Assembly: GCF_009914755.1 (NCBI RefSeq)
Contig: NC_060941.1
Direction: 5' to 3' (one strand)
Source: the human T2T-CHM13v2.0 reference genome, Homo sapiens
DNA length: 64,000 nt
The position numbers and the translations under genes are program-made. The notes beneath the pieces were generated by a model. That model was not told where the DNA came from. It saw only the letters and a program-made list of their open reading frames with translations, and made no database searches. Position 1 is the stretch's first letter. Each line of letters opens with the position of its first letter. Below, in pieces: positions 1 to 17,006 of this stretch.

Positions 1-1262
1 TGTGCTAGGTCTTTGGGCTCCAAAGGTAAAACAAACATGTTCCTGAACCTCAAAGAGCTCACAAACTAGTGAGAGAGAAAGAAACACAACAAATAATTAA
101 AATAAGGTGAATCAAGTGCTGAAAGAATAAAGTACAAACTCTGTCCAGAAACAGTAATTAGGGAGGCCTTGTGGAGGTGACTGTAAAGCAGAATCTGGAA
201 TGATTTGAAGGATGAGGAGAAATTTGCCAGATAGGGCATCAAAAAACACTGCAAGCAAAGTGGACAGAGTATGCAAAAACCTGGAGGTGTGAAACACTAG
301 TAGGTGCCTGAAGAACAGCAAGTTTTAAATGGCTGCACACAGGAACAAAAGGGGGAGTAACAGGAGAGAATGGAAGTTTTGTTGCAAAAGTATCCAATTA
401 CACAAATACAGCAAAAGTCCCCGACTACTGCCTTAATCTCACTCTGCTTCCTAATGACATACACTATTATTCTGTAGTCAATTCTTTCAGACCTTTTACT
501 TTGCATATATAAACACACATATTTTAAAATCCCTCCTCCAGCTTCATACTGATCTCATTCTGTATGAATTGTCCTGCAACTTGCTTCAACCATTTACCAA
601 TACGTATTGAAGACTTTTCCAAAGCAGATTTTAAAGTTTATGAACAATTTTTTTTCCTCCTAAAGAAAAGATCATTCTGGCATTGGAGGAATGACTGGCT
701 TGGAGAGGAGCTAGACAGGAGGCAGGAGATCAGTCAGAGGGGATCAGCGAACAGTCCAGGCATAAGTCGCCTTGCCTGAGGTCTAAGGCACTCGCTATGG
801 GAATAGACAGGAGGGGATGAACTGAGAAATATATATGAGACACATTCTGAAATACCTGAGTTGGTCAGGATCTGGGATGAAGGAGGGAAGAACCAGTGTT
901 TGTGTCTGGTGTGACTTGGTGGATGATGCATGTGTGTTGGAAGGTGGGATGGACTGGGGACGGGAATGCGTGTTTGGAGCTAATGAATTTCATCTTTAGG
1001 AACTGTCTAGTTTGAGATGCCTGTGCAAGCAGGCAACTTGCACCACTTCCCTCTTTCCTACGTAGGGCCAGAAGGCCATGGTGTCAACAGTTCAGAGAAT
1101 TCATTAATTTAAGGCCTGATGTGTGTAAGATTACTCAGAAAGACGGCAGAGGGGAGGAGCTAGTGTGTAGGAACAGAAAACATAGGGGCTTTGTGGCAGA
1201 GTTTTGTATACTGTATTTTTACGAGCTTCAGTATTTTCATTAGCAAACAAGCCCTAATACTA

Positions 1263-2050
<788 letters not shown>

Positions 2051-2055
2051 TTGGA

Positions 2056-2517
<462 letters not shown>

Positions 2518-5179
2518 TCAGATTCGGGCTGGAGTTGGAGAGGGTATGCTGTGGATGGCAGTAGCAGAAACCGCTAGTTCTAAGGCACCCTTCTACTCTT
2601 CTAAAATCTTTCCCCAGGCACAAAACCACCCGGAATAAAGGCTACGTTCCCTAGCATTCCTTGCAGTTGGCTGTGGCTCTGTGATTGCAATCTGGTCAGT
2701 GGAATATAAGGCAGCTTTCCCTACTTAAGTGACAGCTGGCTGTACTCTTGGTTCCTTTTTCTCCCTTTTTCCCAGTGTGAATCCTCTCATGGATCATGAG
2801 GCACCTCGCCCCACTAGAAGAGTAATTTTGGAGTTTAACTGAATCATGTAAAATATAATCTGCCTAAGAGTGACCGGGTTGAAATGAGACACCCCAAGAT
2901 TTTCTGAAACCTTGAAGTCAAGAAGCTGGAGAATAAAATGGCCATTTAAAAATCTGTGATCACTTTTCAGTCATCCAGGAAGTGAAGGCTTGACTTTCAC
3001 AGTTGGGCAGATTGGGAAAACCATCTCTAGGGCCTTTGAGTTATGCAAATATAAAGCAAATCCTCACCCTTGGCCCTTAGGGAAAACCTTGAAGTCACCT
3101 GAATGTATGTTTTATCCTGAGAACAAAACATTTCTGTTCAGCAGTGAAAATTGGGGGTATGCTTTAGCAGAGGTAGTTTTCTGAAGACTTTGGGCTTGGG
3201 GAGAAATGTTAATTTTTTTGTTTGGATTTAGATTCCGTTGTGCTGGTATATTATTTCTTATTCCTAGTCTGTGTACATATGTGCGTTATATATGTGCATG
3301 TGTGTGTGTGTATTCGTGTAAAGAAATGTATTCAAGCATTTGTTCAGAGAAGATCAGGAGCTGAAACCTAGTCGTTGGATATTTTAATCTGGGTTCCCTG
3401 ATAGCAGAGCCTCAGATGAGGTTGATAGGTGAGGGATTTATCCAGAAATGAACAGGGAAGGAAGGAGAATTAATACCAATATGTGCTATTGAGTTGGCCA
3501 TTGCAAGGGGTGACTGATTGTTCAGTCCTCAGGAGTTTCTGAGAAGCCTTGTGAAGCTCTCAAAACCCTTCTTCTGAGGAACAGAGAGGAAAAGCATTTA
3601 TCTGTCAGCTTTTGAAGTCTATTGTCAAAAGTTGACCACAAGGCATTAATTCACTGGTGTTCCTGTGTTGAGCATGCATCTGTGCTTGGTTCCTGGAGGA
3701 GTCCTATGTTGCATAGTCAAAGAAGCCCTGAGGCAAAAGTGAGGAAACTAGGTGCATATCTGAGGCAAGGCTCTCACCAGTTATACCTGTGCTAAGCTAG
3801 TAGATGCCTGTGATAAACTAGTTGCTGTAGCAATGGCTAGAGTAAGAATGTAAGACCAAGAGTATGTGAAGTAGTACTAAAGAGCTGTCTTACACATTGG
3901 GCTAGAAGGATGTGAGGCCTGGTCATTTCCACAATGCACGTTCGAAGAGACTGGAAAGGATCTGGGTTTGGTGTGGTTCACTTTAAGTTGCAATATGGAT
4001 GACCTACATATTGTGTTATTCAGGGTGGAATGGCCCAGGAATTGTAAAATACAGTATACTGATGCCGGTCTGTTCAGTTCTGGTAGAATATACTGTTTTG
4101 GATCAGTGTGGTTCCTTTAAGGAAATGGACATCCCTACTCTGCAGTGATCACCAACTGAAGGAAACGTATCTCAAGCTCTGAGGGAGGCCTTTGAAGGCA
4201 CCCTGCATTGGCTTGAGTTTAGACAGTAGCACTCCTGCTCCCACCTCCCACCCTGAAACTGTGGAAACACAGCATGGCAAAAGCTCTCTTCCAAGAAAAT
4301 CTTCTGTCTCCTCCTCAATTCTCTGCATTTTCATAGTCCTGCAGTGACTGAGGGGCTTTAAGGGGTGCTAAGCACGTTCACAGCCATTTCCTTTGTTAGA
4401 TTCTGCATCGGATGATCTGGAACCTCAGTGGAATTTCACTCCTTTCATGTGTGGAAACCTCTCAAGACTTCACTTTTATCCCTTCATGAGCGTCTGGGTC
4501 ATCCTAACTCACGTAGGCTTGCATACCCCCACTTCACTCTAATTCACATCTTTGATTATTTCCTTCGGAAAATTTACCATAACCTGCAGTTATCTTGTTT
4601 ATTTGATGACTTTATCATCTGTTTTCCCCTCTAGAATATTAACTTTATGAAGGCACAGTTCCCGTTTGTCTCATTCGCTGTTGTATCCCAGGGCTAGCAC
4701 AGCCCCTGGGATGTGGTAGATGCCCCACAATATTTGTTAACAGAATGAATGAATTCACTAATTTTTTATTCAGGGTCCCCTATTTGCCACCGGTTGATGT
4801 GAAAATCGAATGGGATTTTTGTGAAAATGCTTTGTAAACTATAAAGTTTTATAAGTCTTAGTATCAAATGAGGTAGATATTATTTCCCCCTTTTATAGTT
4901 GGGAAAATGGTGCCGAAGAGTATAAATGGTTGGTCAAGGCTGCACAGGCAGCAAATTGGTTGAAATCAGATTGCAGCCCAGGCTGGCTGTGATTGTGAAG
5001 AACATAGACAAGAAATTATAAACCCATTGTTTTTTACCTCCCACATTTTGTAATGGGGAAAACCAGAAGACAGGAGCTTGATTTCGGTATCCAGATTACA
5101 CTTTGAACCAGGAGAGGCTAGGAAGGAGGATTGGCCTTGAGTTCTGTTTCAGGGTCATCAGCCTATCTATGTGATTACA

Positions 5180-6052
<873 letters not shown>

Positions 6053-6519
6053 TGTTAATAATCATTGTAGTTAACACTTACTGAATGCTTTCTATGTGTC
6101 AGCACTTTATGTGACCCTCTTTAATCTTTGTAGTTTCATGAGGTACTATTATATATATGAGTCGAATCACAGAAAGATGAAGACTCTCACTGAAGGCCAC
6201 ATGGCTGTGTGGTGTGCCTGGGTTTGAAATTCAGAGTCAGGGCTCCTGACCACCATGCTATAATGCATAGGACTTATATGGCGTTCGACATGAGATTATA
6301 GTTTAGGCCCTGACACTTACCTGCTATATGACTCTGCCCCAAACCTCAGTGTCCTCAAATGGTAATGATAAGAAGTGCAGTCAAAAGGTTGTTAAGGTTA
6401 CTTAGATAATGCCTGGGGAGAATTTAACATGGTCCTTGTTGATAGTCAGTACGCAACAAATGTCATCTGTCCTCCTCCCCCTCCTCCTCACCTTTAACCA
6501 AATAACTCAAATAGTATGA

Positions 6520-6721
6520 GTGCTTTTAACAATGATGATTTATTAAAAGAAACAACCCCTCTTCCCTGCCTCCCATATCCCCTGTAGTCTCCATCCACAG
6601 GCTTGCTGTTTTCATCCATCTTCCTAGTCAAGGAACTCCAGACAGTCACATCTTGGAAGATAGGAACTCCAGGAAGGGATGACGATCTTAGGGAAAGATG
6701 ATCCTTAAGATAACTCTTCAT
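6520..6721 (-). ncRNA. WFDC21P: WFDC21P terminal exon
   Basis: Strong acceptor ttttttgtctttttctcag|ATG at 6722/6721; AATAAA at 6544-6539. Confidence 0.75.
6539..6544 (-). terminator. Polyadenylation signal of WFDC21P
   Basis: AATAAA on the - strand followed by T/GT-rich downstream sequence. Confidence 0.7.
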
Positions 6722-7106
6722 CTGAGAAAAAGACAAAAAAAATTTTGCCCGAGACCTGCTGTTTTGGGGACCTGGATCCACAGAATACAATCAAGAGGCA
6801 ACAGTTCCCAATTTGGGAAATCAATCACACCTGCAAAGAGCCAGCCAGGCCCTAAGCAGTCCAAGGATTGCAGGTGGATTGGCCAAACAATACATTCTGA
6901 ACACAAAGGGTTTTTATTTAAAGTGTATGCTGATTCTGTTGTGTTTAGTGCAACTTAGTTTATAATCAAAACTGGTAGCTTTTTATTATGCATTTTTCAA
7001 CTAATGGCTACTGAAAACAAATAAATTATCCTGTGAGGCCCCTGAGATATTTTCACAGAAAAGGGGTTCTCATAAGTCAACATGGCAATGTACATCACAG
7101 GGTTAA

Positions 7107-7429
<323 letters not shown>

Positions 7430-8057
7430 AATGAACATACTCTTTAGTCATCAATTTTACATCTTAGAATTTGTCCCAAGGAAGTTAATAAGTGTGTGTA
7501 TGCCAATTTAGTATTTGTTACAATCATATTCATAATATCAAAATAAGAAATATCTTAAACATGTATTACTAAAGGTTGCTAAGTATCTGAGCATAGCTGA
7601 TGAACTTCTATAGGTTATCAAAGATGATGGGATAGAAGCATTAGTATTGACATTAAAAGTTGTTTGGTAGCTACTTTTAAGTGAAATAAAAAATAAAAAT
7701 AGGCACATGATTATCTCATTTTTATATAAATATTACATATTTGTGTATGTTTAAAATATGCACCAAAGTGTTAAGCAGACATTGTTTTGGGGTGGGGGAT
7801 TATGTGTGATTTTTATCATTTTGCTTAAGTAAATAGTCCAATTTTTCTCCAGGGCATACTGGGTTAGGGAATTATTTTAAAGGTGTGGAAACCACCAGCC
7901 TGTGATGGATGCATCTTTTTCTTGGGAAGGGTGGGGGAAGAGGGAGACAGGTAGGTTTCTGTCCTACTCATTTCTGGAAAGTCCCACTGAGACCAAGTGC
8001 ACAACCTACCTAGACTGAACAACGTTTCAGAAAGCAGGGAGGGCCTGGTGTTTTTAC

Positions 8058-8158
8058 CTGTCCTTACCCTGCAACACACTCATGGCCACACCCATTGCTG
8101 ACACAGTGGTCTCCGGGGTTGCAGTCCCAGTCACCTGTGCAGAGCTCGACGCAGGTAC
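8058..8158 (-). ncRNA. WFDC21P: WFDC21P exon 2 (Cys-rich WAP-like domain, uninterrupted)
   Basis: Acceptor ttccatag|GT at 8159/8158; six Cys codons intact; stop GCA GGG TAA; donors at 8068 (gtaagg) and 8058 (gtaaaa). Confidence 0.88.
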
Positions 8159-9442
8159 CTATGGAAGAACGGATGTGCTGAAAACCACCGTACTTTTGGG
8201 ACAGATGCTAGGGAGAACAGCCCTTGATTAAGAAGTCAGTTCTACATTTTTCTTTTCATTCAATATGCAATATGATTTATTACTTGAAGAATAATATCAT
8301 TAACATCTTATATATTCTAGTTAAAAGCAATGCATTCACATAATCTCAAAACAGTAAGGCCGACTTTAGAGATGGGGATAATTGTGTTTGTGGAGGGGAA
8401 GTGCAGAGAAACCCACTTAAATGTCTTCACTTTCCCCACTCTGCAGGGAATAGAGTGGAGAAGAAGAGACTCACATTTACCATGTGCCATCGGGAGACAC
8501 TTGCAGTCACCCCATGCAGTGAGTCTTACTAGGCCCACTTTACAGGTGTGGCAGTTGGGGCTCACAGAGGTGACTTGCTAGCCAGTGGGTACAGAAGTGA
8601 GATTCAACTGAGATTTGCCTGGCCCCTCAGTCTGAGCACCTTCTGCTGTCCCACATGGTGAAGCTCATCCTGACCTAGGTACATATCTCCAAATTTCAAG
8701 GAGTCATTCTGGACCTGATTGGAGGCTCCCAAGTTCCCAGAACATCAAGCTCTTTGAGGACCAATGAAGTAGGCTCAAAGAGTTGGTTAAGATCGCACAG
8801 GCTTTTAGGAAAACATATGCAGAACTCTGGATGAATATGTACTGTACTTTGATTGGCTACTCAGCTATTAGCAGGAATTTCTTTACCTGATTATGTCTCT
8901 GGGTCTTTCTGGAACTTTTCTCATCTGTAAAAAGGGGCCCCTGGATTCAGCAGGGGTAATGAGTTTTATTCTCCATTGTCAACTTCAGTCAATAGAGGTG
9001 GCTGTCTGATGCTGTGTTGAGAAGGGTCAGACACCTTGTCCAGGTTCAAAGAGAAAGAGTGCTAGGACTGATTAGCAGTATCTGAGGGGTATAAGAAGGG
9101 GACCTGGTGGGATATCTTCAATGTAGTTGTAGACCTCAGAGAAAATCAGTACCATCCCCCCATGCTTCCCGTAGCTTTTGTTGATTTGTGGTGAGCAGGC
9201 TGAAGATTCCTCTTCCCCACTCACAGCAGTTTGACTTATTAAGTCAATAATATATACTTATTAAGTATATGTTGATTTCTTACTATGTATAAAATAGAGG
9301 AAATTATCCAGCAAATACAAAGATATAAGACAAACAAGCTTAGAGTCTAACAATATGGATAAAACATATTCAAAGTACTAAAAACAAAGCAATATGTAAC
9401 AAGTGTCCTAAGAGAGGTATATCTGAAGAATTAAAGAGTCTC

Positions 9443-9742
<300 letters not shown>

Positions 9743-11151
9743 GGCTCAGAGAATATGACATTACTTCCAATTAGATTAATCAGAAAAGGTGAGTTTTGAA
9801 GTGCAGGAATCTTTTTAAGGCAGAACTGAGGGGCATGGGTGGAGTGTTGTGAGAAGAAAGAAGAATTACTAGCAACAGTTCACAAGGGGAAATGCAAAAG
9901 GGCTGGGATGAGGGTGAGGCAAGTGAGGTGCCTTGCACAATGCTGGCGGTGAGCACCCATTTCATGTTTGCACCCTGGGTGCCTCATCCACTTCACTCCT
10001 CACCGTGAAACACAAGGAACACAGGAGGAGTGGCAGATGGAGGGCTGGGTAAGTGTTAGGGAACAGCTGGAAATGAAGCAGGAAAAGTAAGCAGGGGATA
10101 AAGTTACGGGGGTTGGGGGGCAGATCTCGAGGGCCTCAGGAGTTTGGATTTCATTTGATAGATCAAGAGAGAGATGTGATTGCTGTTTAATTAGGAAGAT
10201 TATTCTGGTGTGAGAGCCTAGAATGGAACAGAATTCAACAAGCAAGCAAACTGCTGCAGAAAGACAGGGGCAGGGAGAGCTATTAGGAAGCTCCTTGGAT
10301 GGCCCAGACATGAGGTCATCGGGGCTGGAAATACTGCGTGACAATGGGAGATGGCAGGGTAAGGAAAGAACATATGCAAGAGACACTCTCAGAGAATGGA
10401 CAGTATTTGGCAACCAGTTTAATGTCAGGGGAAGGAGAGCAAAGAAGAGAGGAAAGTAATAACTGAATCCAATAATGTTTAGAGAGAAGAATAAAATACC
10501 ATGAAGGATAATACAGGAGAAAAGAAAGTTTGAGAACTGAGGAGGTGGCGAGCAGTGTCGGACACTACAGAGGTTAAAGACTTGGTGACTGAGGAGTCAT
10601 GAGATTTGTCCACAGGATCTGGGAGAGAAGTTTCAGGAGAGTGATGGGGCAGGGATGGAGGCTGTAGGCCATCTTCAAGGGGTCAAGGAATAACTTATGG
10701 GGGAATAAGGGCAGAGAATTAAGATTACTCCTTTGAGAATGTTGGTAAAAGGAAAAGAAGAGATTGAGATGATTAATATTTAACATGATTCAGAAAATAT
10801 TTTCTCTAGGTGATCCAATTTACTTGTAGCAAGAGAGGAAGAAGCTTATGGAGAGGGAGAGGGCAGGAGTCAGAGGGTGGCTGATGAGGGGGTAAGAGGG
10901 GAGGTACAGAGATTCCAAATGGAGCGGTGACCCAGGGAAAGGAGTGCGGGAAGGTGGAGGTAGAAGAAAAGAGATTCTGCTCTGGGGAGCTGAGTAGCGG
11001 CAGTTGGAGGGTCCCTGCAGTGGCCTTTTAAGACCTTTTCTTCTTTCCTTTCTTCCCCTCTCCTCCCCACACACACTGGTCCCTGATGTCCTACTTTCTG
11101 GCCCCCTCATTCAAGGAAAAATGAACAGGGCTACCTTCTGCCTGGACTCAC

Positions 11152-11270
11152 CCAAAAGCCGGTCTCCTGCAGCCTGAAGCTCTTGTACCTCTAGGCTGAA
11201 GATGATGAGGATCACAGGAGGAGGAAGGCTGCCAACTTCATGTTGCTGTTGGAAGGCTTTGGAAAAACAC
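11152..11270 (-). ncRNA. WFDC21P: WFDC21P exon 1
   Basis: ATG at 11241; premature TGA at 11214-11212 (ATG AAG TTG GCA GCC TTC CTC CTC CTG TGA); donor TTGG|gtgagt at 11152/11151. Confidence 0.88.
11221..11227 (+). promoter_or_regulatory. ETS/PU.1-type motif GAGGAAG inside WFDC21P exon 1
   Basis: Motif seen directly. lnc-DC is reported to be PU.1-driven; assigning that activity to this particular site is from memory and inference. Confidence 0.45.
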
Positions 11271-11293
11271 AGCAGGGCTGAGAGCAGCTGAAA

Positions 11294-11299
11294 TTTATA
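11294..11299 (-). promoter_or_regulatory. TATA box of WFDC21P
   Basis: TATAAA about 55 nt upstream of the ancestral ATG. Confidence 0.75.
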
Positions 11300-11431
11300 C
11301 CTTCCACCCGCTGAGCTGGAATGCAAGGCCAGGGGTGGGACTAGGGACTGCAGACACCTAAGCCCTGCCCAGAAACTGACATTTCTGGAGAATAGCCACC
11401 CACCCTGTGTACCCTGGGTCCTTCTACATTA

Positions 11432-11634
<203 letters not shown>

Positions 11635-14600
11635 GTTAAATAATGAAAAAGACTCCTAAATCAAAAAAGCTGTGAGTGACTGAGAAAAAGGGGCTGGCGT
11701 GGGGAGGGTGGAGGGATGAGTATTAACTTTTATTATGTATATTCATTCACTCATTCATTTTCAACATAAGTATTGAATGTCTGCTCTGGGCCAGGCGTGG
11801 GCTAGGCATGAGAGAATCCCAGAGAAATTACAGTCTGGGAGCTAGGTGCCAGGTAGCAAGGGTGCAGTCTGCTCTTTCCCTTCTTCCCCCGACCCACCAC
11901 ACCCGCCCACCTCCACCCCCAACTTCCAGGCCTAGCACCTCTGGAAATGAGGGCAGGGAAAAGCAGTACAGAACAGGCAGGGGTGCTCCCTTATCACCTG
12001 CTGGTGGTAGAGAGGTGGCCTCAGTCTCCCACTGCCTTGGTCTGATTCTGTTGCTGGATACCTAGGCAGATGTGATGGTCTTTGCCTATAGGAGCTATGT
12101 AATTTTCTTGAGATAAAGCTCTGCTTCATCTCATCCAACTTCATTTCTGAGAACCCAAACTCAAGTTATGCATATTAAACTCTTCTAGGATATCTCTCGT
12201 CCTGCAGCTCTGGGGTGGGAGTGGGGGCGGGACCATAGTAACCAACCAGCTGGGGAGTGAGGTTTCATTTCCCCCTCCTTGTAGCACTCCTAATCTAGAT
12301 GAATGATTTTCTTAAACACACACTCCCGTTGTTTTTTTTTTTGCAGGGGAGTGGGGATGTTGTCAGGGGTAGGGAGAAATATACCCTCTTCCCTCTCCAA
12401 TGGCAAGGATGCAGGGAGACATGTATAACTTTTGGCCATGTGTCGTGTGTCCCACAAGATACCTTATATAATGTGAGATAAGGAGGATACCTGGGCTAGT
12501 TGAGGGTAGTGAGACAAGTTTGCAACCTTGTGATAGGCCCCCTGGGCCACTTTCTAAAGTGAAGTCAACTTTAGACTTCACTTGTAAGTCTAAAGTACAT
12601 GATGTTTCACTTCTGGTTCCTAACTCTGAGGTTACAGGGAGAGACCCACTCTGTTCTACTTCATGTATCACAGTTCCTGAAATGCCATTGGTTAGAAGTC
12701 CTTTGGGCAAACAACTGACCTTTTCTGCAAATCCTTCTTATCTAACAAGGCCCAGCCTAAATGTCACCTCCAAAACCTTCCTCAACTTCCACCCCTAGGA
12801 GAGTAACATTCTCTTTAGTACTTATTTTGTCATAGGACTTGTCAGACTCTATTGTAATTAATTATTATGATCATTTTACATTTCTCTCCTGTATCTTGCT
12901 GGCTAGCATGGGGTCTTACTGATCTTTCATCCTCAGCTCTCAATAATGGGCATTTATTATCCTCAATAATGTGTGTTTTGGGATGATGAGGAGCATTCAG
13001 AGAGCCATTGTAATTAGGAAGACACTTCACGTGGTTTCCAATACAGACAGGCATTATTATTGCCACGTTACAGTTGAGAAGATTAAGCCACAGAAAGTTT
13101 AACTAGCCCCAAGTAATAGTTAAATGGCAGAACCACAGTCAAACTCCAAAGACAGTGGTCTATACTAGTACACATTACTGTCAGGCTACATCCAAATTCT
13201 TAGAAAATAATTTGGACTCATCTCTGGGTACAGATAAATGAGCTTTTGAGGTCACAGAATTCTGCTTCATCTAGTGTGGCACCCGTAATCACAATTTCAT
13301 TAGCACAAAATAACTGCTTTGAGCTAAGCAACTCACTCTAGAGGCTTCTGAGTACTCAATCAGATTAAAAGTAGGTGCCATCCACCCAAAACTGTTACTT
13401 CGGTTTTAAGTGAGTTGAGGAGCAGCATGTGGCCCTTATTGCTGGCTGTTTACTAAGGCCGTTTCGAGGTTGTGAAAACAAGCCTGATCCGAGTATAGCA
13501 CAGTGGCCTGAGAGTGAGGACCCCGGAGTGTGACGGGTCTGGTTCGCATCTGCTTCACTACTTGCTAGCTGTGTGACCTTGGGAAAATTAACTTCCCTTT
13601 CTGAGCCTCACTTCTCTTTTCTGTAAAGTGGGGAGTATAATTCCTACTTCAATGTTGGACAGACCAAATTACAATATGTGTACACATACATACCCCTGGC
13701 ACAGGGCCCTCAACACTAGCAGCTACTATTGTGAATTTCTGAGAAAGAGGATGCATGTCTTTCTATTCCCTAGAGCAGGGCATCTACAGACAGCTCATGC
13801 AAAAGTGTATCATTTAATTAAGGAAATATTTCAAGATAAAGAAAACTCAGAACCTGTCCCTATTTTATTCTGCTGGATATTGTAAACTGAACCATGAAGA
13901 GACTCCAAGGCTGAAGCTAGTATTACTGTCACTTCCATGGCTCTATGCGGGCTCATGATTCCCATATGGAGGTCAGGAAGCTTAGTATGTGACCAATTCT
14001 GCCTAAAGAGTCATTAGCAAGGGAGGGTCAATAAAGTCACAATCTTATATAAGGCATGCATCCTTCCACCTACACCTCTTCATCTTGTACCAGATCTAGA
14101 TAGTGTCTCAGGTAAGCCTAAGAATCTGAGCTCAGAAATCAGATCACCTGGACTCAGATCCTGACTCCAACTTAGTAGCTGCATGACTGAGGACAAGTTA
14201 TTTAACCCAACATCATGTTGCTTGGGGAAGTTTCCTTTGATGACAACACAGATGGGCAGAGATGGGCTATGATTTATGTCTTCCCTCCCAGCATGTGCAT
14301 CCTGGGTCATGACACAGGTATTTGGAAGCTTAAGCCCCAGTAGGAAGCTGACCTTTCTGGATTCTATAGACCTGTGTTTAGCATTAAGTATTTTCAAAAA
14401 AGCTCTCTAAGCCAAGGGAAACAGCTTCTTCTGCCTAATAATTAAGACTTCTAAAGAATGGTGGCCACTTTGAATGACAGAGAGAAATGGGGCAGGGAGA
14501 AAGGAACTGGCATATACTGGGCCAGTTCCTTCTGTGTGCCAGATTTTACCCCCCACCCCACATGCAGATCTCCTATCGCTACCCCCTTTAAAGATCAAAA

Positions 14601-15279
14601 ACATTCTCAGAGGTTGTCTTCATTTCACACACGAAGAGACAGTAGTTTGCCCAGGTTTACACAACTTAATTCCCCAAGTCTTTCTGATTTCAAATCCCAA
14701 GCTCTCTCCTTCACATGACACTGTTTATGACTTTTCCTTACACACCCCTGTTTACCTGATTTTAGATCCAAATATTAATATTACAGGGCTCAGGTCTTGG
14801 CCTAGGAACAAGGACTGGCATCCTCTTTTCTTCTTCCCCCAGTCTTCACAGAACTATCTAGAATTCCTCATTCAGTCACACTTTCTGAAATGTTAACAAG
14901 TAGAGACTTCCTAGGGTAAAAAGCCTCCTGGCACATTCAGATGTAGGGAAAATCCCATATTTGATTATAATAACATTTTACTTCCTCTTTCCAACTTGAA
15001 AAAAAAACTCAAGCCTTCTTGTATTACAGGTTCTCAGAAATGTTGATCCATCTTTTGTATCTAAGTTTTTATTTCTCCTTTTGCAAAAGCTGCTCTAAAT
15101 ACCAGCTTTGCTGCTCCGTAGGCTCTGAATGGTCAGAAGAACATTCACATTACGAGGATGACTCTGTGGAATGCTTGACCACTAAGTTTGGTAAATAGCT
15201 GGTCAGTCTTTTTCACTTTAGCCACAGCTGGGGAGGAAAGCCTCTATATGAGTGGCAGAGGCTGGCTGGCTGTTTACCA

Positions 15280-16825
15280 GACTCATTTCTTCTTTCTGAG
15301 GACACAGTAGCTTACATTTCCTAGCTTTCTTTGCCATTGGTTTGCTACAGCCATGCAATTGAGTTCTAGCTAATGGAATATGAGCAGAAGTGATCCACTC
15401 CACTTCCAGTGTGAGACCCCTAACTCCCCTGCTCCCCATGCACAGCCTTCCACTGTCTTCTTCCTATTGCTGGCATGAAGCACATAAGCAAGCTATCTTG
15501 GAAGCCATGTGTTGAAGCTGGTGAAGACTACAAGATGGAAGGAGCCTGGTCCCAGAATCACCACTTGGAGGAAAGCTGCTTGCTGTTCAAGTACTCCAGT
15601 TTTGGATTTCACACAGGGAGGGATAACCAGTAAGGGATAACAAGTTAAACCAGCAAGATTTGGGTTTCTGACCCCCTAGTTGACCAACAGATCAGCTGAC
15701 CCCCTTCTGATCCCCTAGCTGACTGACAGATTCATGAGAACTACTGGGGGAACCCGCCCCCAGTATTTCAGCGTTGGTTCTTTCTATTTTCCATAAGTAT
15801 CAGCCGGCTGAGAAATAATGAGAAAGAGTACAAAGAGAGGAATTTTACAGCAGGGCTGCTGGGGGTGACATCACATATCGGTAGGACCGTGATGCCTGCC
15901 CAAGCCTCAAAACCAGCAAGTTTTTATTAAGGATTTCAAAAGGGGAGGGGATGTATGAACAGGGAGCAGGTACAAAGATCACATGCTTTAAAGGGCAAAA
16001 AGCAGAACAAAGATCACATGCTTCTGAGAAAACAGGACAAGGGCAAAAGCAGAACTCCTGATAAGGGTCTATGTTCAGCGGTGCTTATATTGTCTTGATA
16101 AACATCTTAAACAACAGAAAACAGGGTTCAAGAGCAGAGAACTGGTCTGACCATAAATTTACCAGGGCCGGGTTTTTCCCCACCCTAATAAGCCTGAGGG
16201 TACTGCAGGAGACCAGGGTGTATTTCAGTCCTTAACTCAACCGCATAGGACAGACATTCCCAGAGCAGCCCTTTATAGACCTCCCCCCAGGAATGCATTC
16301 CTTTCCCAGAGTATTAATATTAATATCCCTTGCTAGGAAAAGAATTTAGCGATATCCTTCCTACTTGCATGTCCATTTATAGGCTCTCTGTAAGAAGAAA
16401 AATATGGCTCTTTTTGCCCAATCCCACAGGCAGTCAGACCTTATGGTTGTCTTCCCTTGTTCCCTAAAAATCGCTGTTATTCTATTCTTTTTCAAGGTGT
16501 ACTGATTTCATATTGTTCAAACACACGTTTTACAATCAATTTGTACAGTTAACACAATTATCACAGTGGTCCTGAGGTGACGTACATCCTCAGCTTACGA
16601 AGATAACAGGATTAAGAGATTAAAGTAAGACAGGCATAAGAAATTATAAAAGTATTATTTGGGAACTGATAAATGTCCATGAAATCTTCACAATTTATGT
16701 TCCTCTGCCACAGCTCCAGCCGGTCCCTCCGTTTGGGGTTCCTGACTTTCTGCAACAGAGAACAATTGTTATTTCAAGCCACTGAGCTTTGGGACAATTT
16801 ACTTTTGTTGCAGCAGCTAATTAAG
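15280..16825 (+). mobile_element. Old MLT1 (MaLR) LTR interrupted by MER11
   Basis: MLT1-type 5' part (CTTACATTTCCTAGC...GAGTTCTAGCTAATGGAATATGAGCAGAAGTG) and 3' part (TTTCAAGCCACTGAGCTTTGGG...TTGTTGCAGCAG) lie on either side of MER11. Confidence 0.6.
15742..16757 (-). mobile_element. MER11 (HERV-K11/HML-8) solo LTR, ~1.0 kb
   Basis: - strand begins TGTTGCAGAAAGTCAGGAACCCCAAACGGAGGGACCGGCTG...AACATAAATTGTGAAGATTTCATGGACATTTATC. 6-bp TSD GAGAAC at 15736-15741 and 16758-16763. Confidence 0.9.
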
Positions 16826-17006
16826 ACAATGCAGATTCTCATTGGAGAATCTAATGATTCAAAAGTCAGTTAGAATGGCTGACATTGACAAGTCAGCCTA
16901 ACCTCTTTCTTCTACCAACACCATCACTACCACCACTGCTGCCGCCCTCCACTGTACTCCTAAAGAGAGTGGCTACTTTTGGGGATTCTTAATTTCTTGA
17001 AGTCAC

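Noticed and set aside
11111-11326. 71-aa ORF as a rescued WFDC21 protein
   Set aside because: Starts at a TTG upstream of the TATA box, so it lies outside the main transcript; no ATG in the ancestral frame.
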